Shown: one piece after another, positions 1 to 10,075 of the stretch | How positions within the stretch are numbered: the stretch's first letter is position 1 | Layout of the letters: every line of letters starts with the position of its first letter | Assembly: GCA_036272715.1 (NCBI GenBank) | Contig: DATAYD010000071.1 | Coordinates: 2,297 to 66,296 of the forward strand | Direction of reading: 5' to 3' | DNA from: Caulobacteraceae bacterium | Lineage (GTDB): Bacteria > Pseudomonadota > Alphaproteobacteria > Caulobacterales > Caulobacteraceae | DNA length: 64,000 nucleotides | Position numbers and translations under genes: made by a program | Notes under the pieces: generated by a model | Database searches by the model: none | What the model was told of the DNA's origin: nothing | What the model saw: only the letters and a program-made list of their open reading frames with translations

Positions 1-1
1 C

Positions 2-301
2 ATCCTGTTCCCCGACCCCTGGCCGAAGGCCCGCCACCACAAGCGGCGCCTGATCCAGCACGACGCCGCCCAGGCCCTGGCGCGCGTATCGAGGCCCGGC
101 GCCCGCCTACGCTTCGTCACGGACTGGAGCGACTACGCGGATTGGGCGCTGGAACGGATCCTGAGCTCAGGCGATTTCGATTGGACCGCCGAGCGGGCCG
201 ACGACTGGCGTCGCGCGCCGGCCGACCACGTCGCCACGCGCTATGAGGTCAAGGGGCTGGGCGATTGCGCGCCGGTATTCCTGGATTTCGTCAGGCGCTA
301 G
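2..301 (+). CDS. trmB: tRNA (guanine-N7)-methyltransferase, 3' part (truncated by window start)
   Basis: Manual translation gives ILFPDPWPKARHHKRRLIQ...FVTDWSDY...TRYE; stop TAG at 299-301; lies upstream of rimP as in other alphaproteobacteria. Confidence 0.92.
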   Translation: MLFPDPWPKARHHKRRLIQHDAAQALARVSRPGARLRFVTDWSDYADWALERILSSGDFDWTAERADDWRRAPADHVATRYEVKGLGDCAPVFLDFVRR

Positions 302-365
302 AATATTTTCCGACGAAGTGGGCATCGGTTCGTCCTCAGAAAATGCTCTGATGCATTGAGTCTAG
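298..365. repeat. 68-bp CTAG-bounded RIME/CIR-like miniature repeat, copy 1
   Basis: 63/68 identical to the reverse complement of 10008-10075; internal inverted arms; GAGTC near one end. Confidence 0.9.
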
Positions 366-412
366 AGCCCTTTCCGATCAGATCGATTCGATCTGATCGG
401 AAAGGGCTCTAG
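362..412. repeat. Perfect 51-bp palindrome centred on GATTC
   Basis: CTAGAGCCCTTTCCGATCAGATCGA-T-TCGATCTGATCGGAAAGGGCTCTAG (25-bp perfect arms). Confidence 0.95.
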
Positions 413-455
413 CCTTGGACGAAAGCGCGCTCGAAACCTCGGTCATCAAAGCCTT

Positions 456-1304
456 TCACGCGGGATCGGACGACCCGATCGGACCCGCGGAGGGGACTGT
501 CCGATACCGGCGCAGATATTTGCGGAAAGGCCAAATGACGCCTTCGACGAAGCCCACGTTTTCCGAGGGGATCAGACCCGCCGGCGGGTATTCGTTCGGT
601 TTGGGCGCCCAGGCGGTGCCAAAGACAAAATCCCAGAGCGGAAAAACCGAGGCAAAGTTCTTGTCGCGATGCTCGAGCTTCGTCGAATGGTGAATCCTGT
701 GCCACTGCGGATTGTTGATCCAAGTCACCGCCCGGCCGAGTTCGAGGCGGACGTTGGTATGAGAGCAGGTATCAGGCAGAAGGAAAATGACGGCCACGGT
801 GGCCGAAAGGGATGGCGGGATTTTAAACAGGATCGGGAGCACCGGAAGGATCGCCGCGGTCGCCACCCGCTCGATCCAGTGATGCCGCGCGCCGGTGATG
901 AACGTGATGGACTCGGCGCTATGGTGGAACGAGTGCAGCTCCCACAAAAGCGGGATCGTATGCTGCATCCGGTGGAACCAGTATCGATAAAGGTCGGTGA
1001 CGATCACGAGCGCGATCAGTGACACGAAATACCACGGGCCATCCGTGCGCAATTGAATCAAGCCGCCGCCGGCGGCGTTGACGATGAACGCCGCGCAAGC
1101 GCCCGTGATCGATGCGGGCAAAGCCGCCAGTCCGAGGCCGGTGATCGCCAGCATCCAGTCGGTGATGATGTCCTTGGCCGGCATTTTCGCATCGATGGGC
1201 GAGCGCACCTCGACCACCCTGAGATAGGCGCCGATGACGACTATGGGCGCGAGCATCTCCAGAAACGATAGGAACGGTTGAAAGAGGTGAGCGAAATCCG
1301 CCAT
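456..1304 (-). CDS. Sterol desaturase / fatty acid hydroxylase family membrane protein
   Basis: His boxes HRMQH, HSFHHS, HTN, HRIHHS; KNFASVFPLWDFVFGT; TM segments; start could instead be 1379. Confidence 0.85.
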   Translation of the reverse strand: MADFAHLFQPFLSFLEMLAPIVVIGAYLRVVEVRSPIDAKMPAKDIITDWMLAITGLGLAALPASITGACAAFIVNAAGGGLIQLRTDGPWYFVSLIALVIVTDLYRYWFHRMQHTIPLLWELHSFHHSAESITFITGARHHWIERVATAAILPVLPILFKIPPSLSATVAVIFLLPDTCSHTNVRLELGRAVTWINNPQWHRIHHSTKLEHRDKNFASVFPLWDFVFGTAWAPKPNEYPPAGLIPSENVGFVEGVIWPFRKYLRRYRTVPSAGPIGSSDPA

Positions 1305-1636
1305 GCGTCCAGTCCGCCGCCTCCGATCCGGGTCCAGGAACACATCCGCCGATGCGGCTCGCGGCTTGGGCGCCAACATGCCCTGAATGTTTGATCTAGA
1401 GCCGTTTCAAGCCCGCCGCGTGTTCCGGCGAGACCCTAGGCGCGGTCCCGTAAAGTTCGTATGAATCAGCGGCGCGCCAAGCGGGAGGTGATCGGCTTTC
1501 CCATGACCACGCCGCCGCCATCCCGGTAGCCACGATCCGCGACCTCGGCCTCGCCCACGGGCCGGCGCTTCGCTGATCATCGCGCTCTCGGTGATCACCT
1601 TGCTGGCCTAACGGCGGCACTTTAAAATTCAGGGGG

Positions 1637-1666
1637 CTGACAACGCCCGCTCAAACGCCTATATTC
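1637..1666 (+). promoter_or_regulatory. Putative sigma70 promoter of the rimP-nusA operon
   Basis: CTGACA ... GCCTATATT resembles the Caulobacter housekeeping promoter consensus. Confidence 0.5.
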
Positions 1667-1703
1667 CCATTACATCGATCGTTAGCGCTGGATGGCGTTT
1701 TCG

Positions 1704-1735
1704 AGCGGCGGCCGGAAGGCCCGCCGCTTTTTTGT
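1704..1735 (+). terminator. rimP leader terminator/attenuator hairpin
   Basis: AGCGGCGGCC-GGAA-GGCCCGCCGCT followed by a T tract, just 5' of rimP. Confidence 0.7.
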
Positions 1736-1750
1736 TGGTTCGAGGCTCGA

Positions 1751-2329
1751 TTGCGCGGCAAGACGCGGGAAGACCATCTGCTTCTGGAACTGCTCGACCC
1801 CGTGGCCGAGGCGGCGGGCTATGAGCTGGTCCGCGTGCGGCTGATGAGCGGCAGCCAGTCGCGGCGGCTGCAGATCATGGCCGAGCGCCCGGCCAAAGAC
1901 GGAAAATGGGGCGACATGAACGTCGAGGACTGTTCGCGGCTGTCGCGCGCCGTCTCCGAGGTGCTGGACGCCGCCGACCCGATCGAGGGCGACTACCTGC
2001 TTGAAGTCTCCAGCCCCGGCATCGACCGGCCGCTGACCCGGTTGAAGGACTTCGGGACCTATGAAGGCCTGGAGGCCCGGCTGGAGCTGGACCGGCTCGC
2101 CGACGGCCGCAAGCGGTTCCGCGGCGAGCTGGCCGGTGTCGAGGGCCAGAACGTCGCCATCAATCTCGAAGGCGAGGAAGAGACCGCGCTCGTCCCCTTC
2201 GCCTGGATCACCGAAGCCAAGCTGATCCTGAACGACGCCCTGATGAAACGCGGCGCCGAGCAGCGCGAAGCCCGCATGCAATCCGAATCCCAATCTGAAA
2301 GCGCGTCGCCTGACGCGAACCTGGAGTAA
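1751..2329 (+). CDS. rimP: Ribosome maturation factor RimP
   Basis: [14 protein letters not shown] motif; upstream of nusA. Confidence 0.95.
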   Translation: MRGKTREDHLLLELLDPVAEAAGYELVRVRLMSGSQSRRLQIMAERPAKDGKWGDMNVEDCSRLSRAVSEVLDAADPIEGDYLLEVSSPGIDRPLTRLKDFGTYEGLEARLELDRLADGRKRFRGELAGVEGQNVAINLEGEEETALVPFAWITEAKLILNDALMKRGAEQREARMQSESQSESASPDANLE

Positions 2330-2334
2330 ATCCC

Positions 2335-3978
2335 ATGGCCCTGACTGGCATTTCCGCCAACCGGCTGGAACTCTTGCAGATCGCCGACGCGGTCGCCCGG
2401 GAGAAGTCGATCGAGAAGGAGATCGTCATCGAGGCGATCGAGGAGGCGGTGCAGAAGGCCGCCCGCTCGCGCTATGGCGCGGAGCACGACATCCGCGTCC
2501 ATATCGATCCCAAGACCGGCGAAACCACCATCACCCGCGTGGTGACCGTCGTGGGCGACGACGAGGAGATCGAGAACACCTATGCGTTCAAGAGCCTCGC
2601 CGACGCCAAGCGCGACGACAAGGACGCCGTTGTCGGCAAGACCTATGTCGAGGAGCTGCCGCCGTTCGAATTCGGCCGGGTGCAGACCCAGATGGCGCGC
2701 CAGGTGGTCACCGGCAAGGTGCGCGAGGCCGAGCGCGAGCGGCAGTACGAGGAGTTCAAGGACCGGGTCGGCGAGATCGTCAACGGCGTGGTCAAGCGGG
2801 TCGAGTACGGCAATATCGTCGTCGACCTGGGCCGGGGCGAGGGCATCGTCCGTCGCGACCAGGCCATTCCGCGCGAGAATTTCCAGGTCGGCGACCGCAT
2901 CCGCAGCTACATCTACGACGTCCGCCGCGAGGCCAAGGGCCCGCAGATCATGCTGAGCCGCGCCCACGGCGGCTTCATGGCCAAGCTGTTCGCCCAGGAA
3001 GTGCCCGAGGTCTATGACGGCGTGATCGAGATCCGCGCCATCGCCCGCGACCCCGGCAGCCGCGCCAAGATGGCGGTGATCTCCAATGACAGCTCGATCG
3101 ATCCGGTCGGGGCCTGCGTCGGCATGCGCGGCAGCCGGGTCCAGGCCGTGGTCGCCGAACTGCAGGGCGAGAAGATCGACATCATCTCGTGGTCGCAGGA
3201 CGAGGCGACCTTCCTGGTCAACGCCCTGGCCCCCGCCGAAGTCACCAAGGTGGTGATGGACGAGGAGGACGAGCGGGTCGAGGTGGTGGTGCCCGACGAG
3301 CAGTTGTCGCTGGCCATCGGCCGGCGCGGCCAGAACGTGCGCCTGGCCTCGCAGCTCTGCGGCTGGCAGATCGACATCATGACCGAGAGCCAGGAAAGCG
3401 AACGCCGCCAGCGCGAGTTCGCCGAACGCACCACCCTGTTCCAGGAAGCCCTGGACGTGGACGAGGTGATCGCCCAACTGCTGGTCACCGAAGGCTTCGC
3501 CACCGTCGAGGATGTCGCTTTCGTCGAGCCCGACGAGATCGCCTCGATCGAGGGCTTCGGCGAGGAGACCGCCGAGGAGCTGCAGGCCCGCGCTCGCGAC
3601 TTCCTGGAGCGCGAAGCGGCCGAATATGACGAAAAGCGCCGGGCGCTCGGCGTCGAGGACGGGCTGCTGGAGATCGAGGGCGTCACCCTGCCGATGTCGG
3701 TGTTGCTCGGCGAGGGCGAGGTGAAGAGCGTCGAGGATCTGGCCGGCCTCGTGCCCGACGACCTGCGCGGCTGGTTCGAGACCAAGGATGGCGAGCGGGT
3801 GCGCGAAAAGGGCATCCTGGAGTCCATGAGCCTGAGCCCCGAAGCCGCGGAGGCCCTGATCATGCAGGCCCGTATCGCCATGGGCTGGGTCGAGGCGCCG
3901 CCCGAGGAGGAAGCCGAGACCGAATACGCCGAAGAGGACGCCCCGGCGGCTGAAGCGGAGGCTGAGGCCGAGGCTTAA
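2335..3978 (+). CDS. nusA: Transcription termination/antitermination factor NusA
   Basis: S1 and KH domains ([30 protein letters not shown]); acidic C-terminal repeats. Confidence 0.97.
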   Translation: MALTGISANRLELLQIADAVAREKSIEKEIVIEAIEEAVQKAARSRYGAEHDIRVHIDPKTGETTITRVVTVVGDDEEIENTYAFKSLADAKRDDKDAVVGKTYVEELPPFEFGRVQTQMARQVVTGKVREAERERQYEEFKDRVGEIVNGVVKRVEYGNIVVDLGRGEGIVRRDQAIPRENFQVGDRIRSYIYDVRREAKGPQIMLSRAHGGFMAKLFAQEVPEVYDGVIEIRAIARDPGSRAKMAVISNDSSIDPVGACVGMRGSRVQAVVAELQGEKIDIISWSQDEATFLVNALAPAEVTKVVMDEEDERVEVVVPDEQLSLAIGRRGQNVRLASQLCGWQIDIMTESQESERRQREFAERTTLFQEALDVDEVIAQLLVTEGFATVEDVAFVEPDEIASIEGFGEETAEELQARARDFLEREAAEYDEKRRALGVEDGLLEIEGVTLPMSVLLGEGEVKSVEDLAGLVPDDLRGWFETKDGERVREKGILESMSLSPEAAEALIMQARIAMGWVEAPPEEEAETEYAEEDAPAAEAEAEAEA

Positions 3979-3983
3979 GACTC

Positions 3984-4103
3984 AATTCCTCCCCCATCGG
4001 GGGAGGGGGACCGCGTAGCGGTGGAGGGGCCGCCGCCGCGCCGGTGCGGCCGAAGAGCCCCCTGGGTCGCTTCGCGACAGCTCCTCCAATGGAGGAACAA
4101 TAG
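3984..4103. repeat. Caulobacter-type REP/CIR-like intergenic inverted-repeat element
   Basis: CCTCCCCC-ATC-GGGGGAGG hairpin, then GCGTAGCGGTGGAGGGG ... GCCCCCT...GTCGCTTCGCGACAGCTCCTCCAATGGAGGA; GACTC at 3979. Confidence 0.75.
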
Positions 4104-4161
4104 AGAAGCTGTCTCGGCTGAATCCTATGAACTGCCCCGGGTGAGCGGAATTAGAAACCCA

Positions 4162-4806
4162 ATGGAGCCCACGCCCGTCCGTCAAGCCGCCACGCACGCC
4201 CAGGCCTCGCGCCAGCGCCGCGACCTGGTCTCGGGCGAGGTGATGGATGAGGCGCGGCTGATCCGCTTCGTCGCCGGCCCCGACGGCGCGGTGACGCCCG
4301 ATGTGGCCCGCAAACTCCCGGGGCGAGGCCTTTGGGTGGCGGCGGACCGCGCGGCGGTGGACACGGCGGTCCGCAAGGGCGGCTTTTCCCGCGCCGCCAA
4401 GACGCGCCTGACCGCGCCGGCGGATCTGGCCGACCGGGTCGAGCGACTGCTGGACCGCAGGGTCCTGGACGGCCTGGGGCTTGCACGCCGGGCAGGTGAT
4501 CTTATGTCCGGATTCGACAAGGCCGCCGCGGCGATCGAGTCCGGCAAGGCGGCCTGGATGATCGAGGCCGCGGACGGCGCGGCCGACGGACGGCGCAAGC
4601 TGCTGCAGTCCGCGCGACGGTCGGGCCGACCGCCCCGACTGCTCGGGATTTACGGTTCGGACGAATTGGGTTTGGCCTTGGGCCTTGGAAATGTGATACA
4701 CCTCGCCTTCCTTGCGGGACGAGGCGCCGAACGCTGGACGATCGATGTCGAGCGACTGTCGGGCTTCCGTCCGCTCCTCCCTGAGAGTTGGCGCGAGGAG
4801 CCTTGA
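4162..4806 (+). CDS. YlxR/DUF448 RNA-binding protein fused to an L7Ae-like domain
   Basis: RRDLVSGE...LIRFVAGPDG...KLPGRGLWV; lies between nusA and infB. Confidence 0.88.
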   Translation: MEPTPVRQAATHAQASRQRRDLVSGEVMDEARLIRFVAGPDGAVTPDVARKLPGRGLWVAADRAAVDTAVRKGGFSRAAKTRLTAPADLADRVERLLDRRVLDGLGLARRAGDLMSGFDKAAAAIESGKAAWMIEAADGAADGRRKLLQSARRSGRPPRLLGIYGSDELGLALGLGNVIHLAFLAGRGAERWTIDVERLSGFRPLLPESWREEP

Positions 4807-4910
4807 GAACGAGCCGGGCGGCTTTGGTCACCCAGCCCGTTCGCCCATGGAATTTGCGCAGGGACTGCGCCGGACCCATCCGGGGTCCGGGACTTTAGTA
4901 AAGCGAGCGG

Positions 4911-7900
4911 ATGAGCGACGCGAACGACAACGACAATGGCCGCAACGCCGGGGGCCGGGCGCCCCTGACGCTGAAGCCCCGCGCCGGGGCGGTCAGCGCC
5001 GGCACGGTGAAACAAAGCTTCAGCCACGGCCGTTCCAAGACCGTGGTGGTGGAAACCAAGCGCCGGCGCATCGACGCGCCGCCGGGGGTGAACCTGGCTG
5101 GGCCGTCCACGTCCGAAAAGCGCACCACGTTCGACACCACCAAGCCGCGCGAGCCTTCCGCGCCGCGCCCCGCGTCCGCGCCGAACGCGCCCGCTGGCGG
5201 CGCCAATCTGAACCTGTCGGCCGAAGAGCTGCGCACCCGCCAGCGGGCGCTGGAAGCCGCGCGCCTGCAACAGGAACGCCGTGACGACGAGCAGCGCGCT
5301 CGCGACGCCGCCCGCCAAACCGAGCTGGACGCCCAGCGCCGCGCCGCCGAAGCGGCCAGGGCGCCTGCCGAGCCCGTCGCGCCCGTAGCCGAACCGAGCC
5401 CGCCGCGCCCGGCCGAAACCGTGGCGGAGCGTCCGGTCGAACGGCCGGCCGAGCCCATCCGCGCCGCCGTCACGTCCCGGCCCCCCGAGACCCGCGCGCA
5501 TGAGGCGCGCGAGGAACGGCCCCGCGAAGAGCGGCCCCGTGAAGACCGCCAGCGTGAGGAACGCCCACGTGAGGAGCGTCCGCGCGAGGCTCGCGCCCAT
5601 GACGCCCCGCGCCGCGATGATCGGGCCTCGACCACCACCTATCGACCCGAGCGCCCCAGCGTGAACTATGGCCAGCGTACGGAAGGCCCGCCGCGGACCG
5701 ATCGTCCGCAGCGTCCGGAAGCCGGCGGCTTCACCGCGCGGCCCCCGCGCGAGGGTGGGCGCAATGAAGGCGGCGGCCGCCCCTTCGGCGACCGCCCCAG
5801 CCGGCCTGGCGAGACTGTGCGCTATTCGGCGCTGGCGCCGCGTCCAGCCGGACCCCGCGACGGCGCCCGCCCCGGCGGACCACGCGGGCCGGGCGTTGGA
5901 AGGCCCGAACCCGCTCCCGCGACGCCGGAGATCCAGCGCGCCACCCGCCAGGCGCCGCGTCCCGGCGCGGCGACCATGGACCGTCGTCCGGACGAGGACG
6001 AGGACGGCGCCCGCCGCGGCGGCAAGGCCGCGCCAAACAAGGCCGTCAGCCGCGTCAAGGGCGCGCCGCAGCGCCGCGAGGGTCGGCTGACCATCCAGGC
6101 CGTCGCCGGCAATGACGACGAGGCGGTCGAACGCATGCGCTCCCTGGCGTCGGTGCGCCGGGCCCGCGAACGCGAACGCGAAAAGCGCAAGGGCGGCGCC
6201 CAGGAGCAATCCAAGAGCTCCCGCGAAGTGGTCGTGCCCGATGTGATCACCGTCCAGGAACTGGCCAACCGCATGGCCACCCGGGGGGTCGAGATCATCA
6301 AGTTCCTGATGCGTCAGGGCCTGATGCTCAAGATCAACGACGTGATCGATTCCGACACCGCCGAACTGGTGGCCACCGAATTCGGCCACACCGTGCGGCG
6401 TGTTTCCGAGGCCGATGTCGAAGAAGGCTTCCTGGCCGCCGAGGACCACGACGATCACCTGCTGCCGCGGCCGCCGGTCGTGGCCGTGATGGGCCACGTC
6501 GACCACGGCAAGACCAGCCTTCTGGACGCCCTGCGCTCCACGGACGTGGCGGCCGGCGAACATGGCGGCATCACCCAGCACATCGGGGCCTATCAGGTGC
6601 GCCTGCCTTCGGGCGAGCGCGTCACCTTCCTGGACACGCCAGGCCACGCGGCCTTTTCGGCCATGCGCGCGCGCGGCGCCCATGTAACCGACATCGTCAT
6701 TCTGGTGGTCGCCGGCGACGACGGCGTCATGCCCCAGACCATCGAAGCCATCCATCACGCCAAGTCGGCCGGCGCGCCGATCATCGTGGCGGTCAACAAG
6801 ATGGACAAGCCCGGCTCCGACGCCACGCGGGTGGTGAACGAGCTTCTGCAGCATGAGATCGTGGTCGAGAGCCTGGGCGGCGACACCCAGATGATCGAGG
6901 TCTCCGCGACCCAGAAGACAGGACTTGACGAACTGATCGAGGCGATCCTGCTGCAGGCCGAGGTCATGGACCTGAAGGCCAATCCCGACCGCTCCGCCGA
7001 AGGCGTGGTGATCGAGTCGAAACTGGATCGCGGACGCGGCGTCGTGGCGACCGTGCTGATCAAGCGCGGCACCCTGAAGCGCTCCGACATCGTGGTGGCC
7101 GGATCCCATTGGGGCCGGGTGCGCGCGCTGATCAACGAACGCGACGAACAGGTCTCTACGGTCGGCCCGTCGGAGCCGGTCGAGGTCCTCGGCATGGACG
7201 GCGCCCCCGATCCGGGCGAGGCTTTCGCCGTGGTCGAAAACGAAGCCCGGGCGCGCGAACTGACCGAATATCGCATCCGGTTGAAGCGCGAAAAGACCAT
7301 CACGCCAGCCGCCGCCGGCGCCTCCCTGGCCGACATGATGGCCAAGCTGCAGGACAAGAAGGTCTCGGAACTGCCCCTGATCATCAAGGCCGATGTCCAA
7401 GGTTCGGCCGAGGCCATCGTGGGCTCGCTCGACAAGCTGGGCACCGACGAGGTCCGGGCGCGGATCATTCATTCCGCCGCCGGCGCGATCAACGAGTCCG
7501 ACGTCATGCTGGCCAAGGGTTCCGGCGCGCCGGTCATCGGCTTCAATGTCCGCGCTTCGAAACAGGCCCGTGATCTGGCTGACCGCGAGGGCGTGGAGAT
7601 CCGTTTCTATGCGATCATCTACGACCTTCTGGACGACATCAAAGGCGTGCTTTCGGGCATGCTGGCGCCGATTCAGCGGGAAACCCATCTGGGCGACGCC
7701 CAGGTGCTGCAAGCCTTCGACATCTCCAAGATCGGCCGGGTCGCCGGTTGCCGCGTCACCGACGGGACGGTGCGCAAGGGCGCGCGGGTGCGGATTTTCC
7801 GCGAGAACGTCGTGCTGCACGAGATGGGCGTCCTCCAAACCCTCAAGCGCTTCAAGGACGAGGTCAACGAGGTGGTCGCCGGTCAGGAGTGCGGCATGGC

Positions 7901-7979
7901 CTTCGCCAACTTCCAGGACATCAAGGCGGGCGACGTGATCGAATGCTTCACGGTCGAGGAAGTCATCCGTACACTGTAA
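4911..7979 (+). CDS. infB: Translation initiation factor IF-2
   Basis: [21 protein letters not shown]-domain motifs; N-terminal [16 protein letters not shown]. Confidence 0.98.
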   Translation: MSDANDNDNGRNAGGRAPLTLKPRAGAVSAGTVKQSFSHGRSKTVVVETKRRRIDAPPGVNLAGPSTSEKRTTFDTTKPREPSAPRPASAPNAPAGGANLNLSAEELRTRQRALEAARLQQERRDDEQRARDAARQTELDAQRRAAEAARAPAEPVAPVAEPSPPRPAETVAERPVERPAEPIRAAVTSRPPETRAHEAREERPREERPREDRQREERPREERPREARAHDAPRRDDRASTTTYRPERPSVNYGQRTEGPPRTDRPQRPEAGGFTARPPREGGRNEGGGRPFGDRPSRPGETVRYSALAPRPAGPRDGARPGGPRGPGVGRPEPAPATPEIQRATRQAPRPGAATMDRRPDEDEDGARRGGKAAPNKAVSRVKGAPQRREGRLTIQAVAGNDDEAVERMRSLASVRRAREREREKRKGGAQEQSKSSREVVVPDVITVQELANRMATRGVEIIKFLMRQGLMLKINDVIDSDTAELVATEFGHTVRRVSEADVEEGFLAAEDHDDHLLPRPPVVAVMGHVDHGKTSLLDALRSTDVAAGEHGGITQHIGAYQVRLPSGERVTFLDTPGHAAFSAMRARGAHVTDIVILVVAGDDGVMPQTIEAIHHAKSAGAPIIVAVNKMDKPGSDATRVVNELLQHEIVVESLGGDTQMIEVSATQKTGLDELIEAILLQAEVMDLKANPDRSAEGVVIESKLDRGRGVVATVLIKRGTLKRSDIVVAGSHWGRVRALINERDEQVSTVGPSEPVEVLGMDGAPDPGEAFAVVENEARARELTEYRIRLKREKTITPAAAGASLADMMAKLQDKKVSELPLIIKADVQGSAEAIVGSLDKLGTDEVRARIIHSAAGAINESDVMLAKGSGAPVIGFNVRASKQARDLADREGVEIRFYAIIYDLLDDIKGVLSGMLAPIQRETHLGDAQVLQAFDISKIGRVAGCRVTDGTVRKGARVRIFRENVVLHEMGVLQTLKRFKDEVNEVVAGQECGMAFANFQDIKAGDVIECFTVEEVIRTL
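5511..5585 (+). repeat. Five 15-bp coding tandem repeats (EERPR) inside infB
   Basis: Translates as [25 protein letters not shown]. Confidence 0.85.
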
Positions 7980-8042
7980 GCGCGGGGGCTGGGCCATGAT
8001 CGGCGCCATCAATCCGTCGATTTCAGCGGGTTGATGCGGGCC

Positions 8043-8609
8043 ATGCGGTCACGCTCGACCTTCGCGGCGCTCAGCGCTCTGATCCTCATTTGCGCGGCGG
8101 GCCCGGCCGCGGCCGCGCGGCACATCTATTCCTATGACTCGGCCACGCCGGCCACCACCCTGATGACCGAGGCCGGGCTCAGCTTCATCTTCGACAAGTC
8201 CCTGATGGGCGTGACCGTGCGCCAGTTGATGGAGACCCAGGACATCGGCGCGGCCGACCTCAAACCGGTCTCCGAAGGCGCCCTGGGCAGGGGCGGCGTG
8301 GATGCCGCCGTCGGACCGGACGCCCGCGAGCACGACCTCTATGAAATCACCGACCAGGCCGACGGCAAGGCGCTGCGCGGCGCGTTGTGCCGCGGCGCCG
8401 ACCATGTCTGGCTGGCCTTCGGGCGGATCAAGTTCGGCCAGGACCTTCGGATCCGTGCGCTTGGCCACGATCCCGCCAGCGGCAAGACACGGCTCTGCGT
8501 GACACTGGACTACACCTTCCGTGGCGAATGGGCCCTGCCGCAACCGCTCCTGCCACAGCCCGATCGGACCGATCGATTCAATGACGCCCCCAACCGGCTG
8601 CCTTACTGA
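8043..8609 (+). CDS. Hypothetical exported protein
   Basis: Signal-peptide-like N-terminus ending AAA; two further Cys; strong GC3 coding bias. Confidence 0.75.
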   Translation: MRSRSTFAALSALILICAAGPAAAARHIYSYDSATPATTLMTEAGLSFIFDKSLMGVTVRQLMETQDIGAADLKPVSEGALGRGGVDAAVGPDAREHDLYEITDQADGKALRGALCRGADHVWLAFGRIKFGQDLRIRALGHDPASGKTRLCVTLDYTFRGEWALPQPLLPQPDRTDRFNDAPNRLPY

Positions 8610-8668
8610 ACGTTTCGCCCCCGCCGATCCTTCGGTTAGGCTGAAGATGAAGCTTCCGGGAGAAACGC

Positions 8669-9460
8669 GTGAACGATCTGGACGTGCTGGCCGCCTATGA
8701 GCGGTTCGAGTTCGACGACGGCCGCTGGACCCGGACCGTCTTTCGCCGCGGATCCGGCCCGGCGGTGATCATCATGCACGAGATCCCCGGCCTGCATCCC
8801 GAGGTGGTCCGCTTCGCCAACCATGTGGCCGCCGCGGGCATGACGGTGTTCCTGCCGAGCCTGTTCGGCAAGCCCGGCAAGCCGGTCAGCCGCCCTTACG
8901 CCCTGGGCGGCATGCTGATGAACATCTGCATTCGCCGTGAGTTCAACGTCTGGGCCAATAACCGCTCCAGCCCGATCGTCGACTGGCTGCGCGCCCTGGC
9001 CCGGAAGGTCCACGCCGAGTGCGGCGGGGCCGGCGTCGGCGCGGTCGGCATGTGCTTCACCGGCGGCTATGCGCTGGCCATGATGACCGAGCCGTCGGTG
9101 GTCGCCCCGGTGCTGTCCCAACCTTCCATGCCGATCGGCGCGAAAGGGAAGTCTATGATCGACGCCTCCCCGAAAGAGATCGCCTGCGCCAAACGGCGGT
9201 TTGAAGCCGAAGACCTCTCGATGATCGGCCTGCGCTTCAAAAGCGACGCCTTCGTGCCCGATGAACGGTTCGAGGCGCTGAAGGCCGAGTTCGGCGAACG
9301 CTTCGAGGCGATCGAACTGGAGGACGAGGACGCCATGCCTGACGTCGGCATGCCGCCCCACTCGGTCCTGACCCTGCATCTGGTCGACGAAGCGGGCAGC
9401 GTCACCAAGGGAGTCGAAGAACGGGTGATCGCTTTTTTCAAACAGCGCGTCGGAGCCTGA
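8669..9460 (+). CDS. Dienelactone hydrolase family protein
   Basis: HEIPG, GMCFTGG nucleophile elbow, HSVLT. Confidence 0.88.
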   Translation: MNDLDVLAAYERFEFDDGRWTRTVFRRGSGPAVIIMHEIPGLHPEVVRFANHVAAAGMTVFLPSLFGKPGKPVSRPYALGGMLMNICIRREFNVWANNRSSPIVDWLRALARKVHAECGGAGVGAVGMCFTGGYALAMMTEPSVVAPVLSQPSMPIGAKGKSMIDASPKEIACAKRRFEAEDLSMIGLRFKSDAFVPDERFEALKAEFGERFEAIELEDEDAMPDVGMPPHSVLTLHLVDEAGSVTKGVEERVIAFFKQRVGA

Positions 9461-9463
9461 CTA

Positions 9464-9994
9464 ATGCGTTCCACGGTTCCGGCCTGGGCGCGGCGTGTTA
9501 TGGCCGCTTCCCTCTGCCTTGCGGCGGTCTCGTGCGCCAGCGTCGACCGTTACGACGCCGCCGGCGATGTGCACGCTTTTCTGATCGCCATACGCAACGG
9601 CGACTCGCAGACCTTCAACGCGCACGTCGATCGGCCCGCCTTGAAGGAACAGCTAAAGGCGCGGCTGATGCTCGAGGCTCAACGGCGCGGCGGCGCCATG
9701 GGCGCGCTGACCGCGCTGATGGCCAGGCCCTTGGTCGGCGTGGCCGTGGACGCCCTGGTCCAGCCGGACGTGTTCCGGATCGTCGCCGAAACCCTGGGCT
9801 ATTCGCCAGACACCCCGATCCCCAATCGCGTCCTGATCGCCGCCGTGCTGCGCCGAACGGACAGCGACCATGTCTGTGCGCCGCTCAAGCGGGATGGACC
9901 CTGCGCCCTGGTGTTCCGCAACGAGGACGGCGTCTGGCGGCTGACCGATTTCGACGCCGATCTTTCGATGCTTCGGCCGTCAAAGGGACGATAG
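9464..9994 (+). CDS. DUF2939-like lipoprotein
   Basis: Lipobox-like AVSC; AIRNGD...HVDRPALKEQL and C-terminal WRLTD pattern. Confidence 0.7.
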   Translation: MRSTVPAWARRVMAASLCLAAVSCASVDRYDAAGDVHAFLIAIRNGDSQTFNAHVDRPALKEQLKARLMLEAQRRGGAMGALTALMARPLVGVAVDALVQPDVFRIVAETLGYSPDTPIPNRVLIAAVLRRTDSDHVCAPLKRDGPCALVFRNEDGVWRLTDFDADLSMLRPSKGR

Positions 9995-10007
9995 GTTTTC
10001 GGGCGGC

Positions 10008-10075
10008 CTAGACTCAATGCATCAGAGCATTTTCTGACGACGAACCGGTGTCCACTTCATCGGAAAATGTTCTAG
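10008..10075. repeat. 68-bp CTAG-bounded miniature repeat, copy 2 (inverted relative to copy 1)
   Basis: Reverse complement matches 298-365 with 5 mismatches. Confidence 0.9.

Noticed and set aside
298-412. Possible CRISPR repeat or autonomous IS
   Set aside because: No regularly spaced repeat-spacer array, no cas genes and no transposase in the window.
4021-4161. N-terminal extensions in the ORF track (ylxR 4021, leuS 26326, parA 32499, parB 31531, secB 47475, DUF3576 25536, DUF299 43016, rpe 63558)
   Set aside because: They run through repeats, promoters or neighbouring genes; recognisable protein sequence starts at the downstream codons used in the features.
4650-8012. 1120-aa ORF antisense to infB (similarly 2059..3477, 12833..15211, 19574..21001, 55338..56711, 57501..59132)
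   Set aside because: Codon-register shadows of strongly GC3-biased genes; no recognisable domains.
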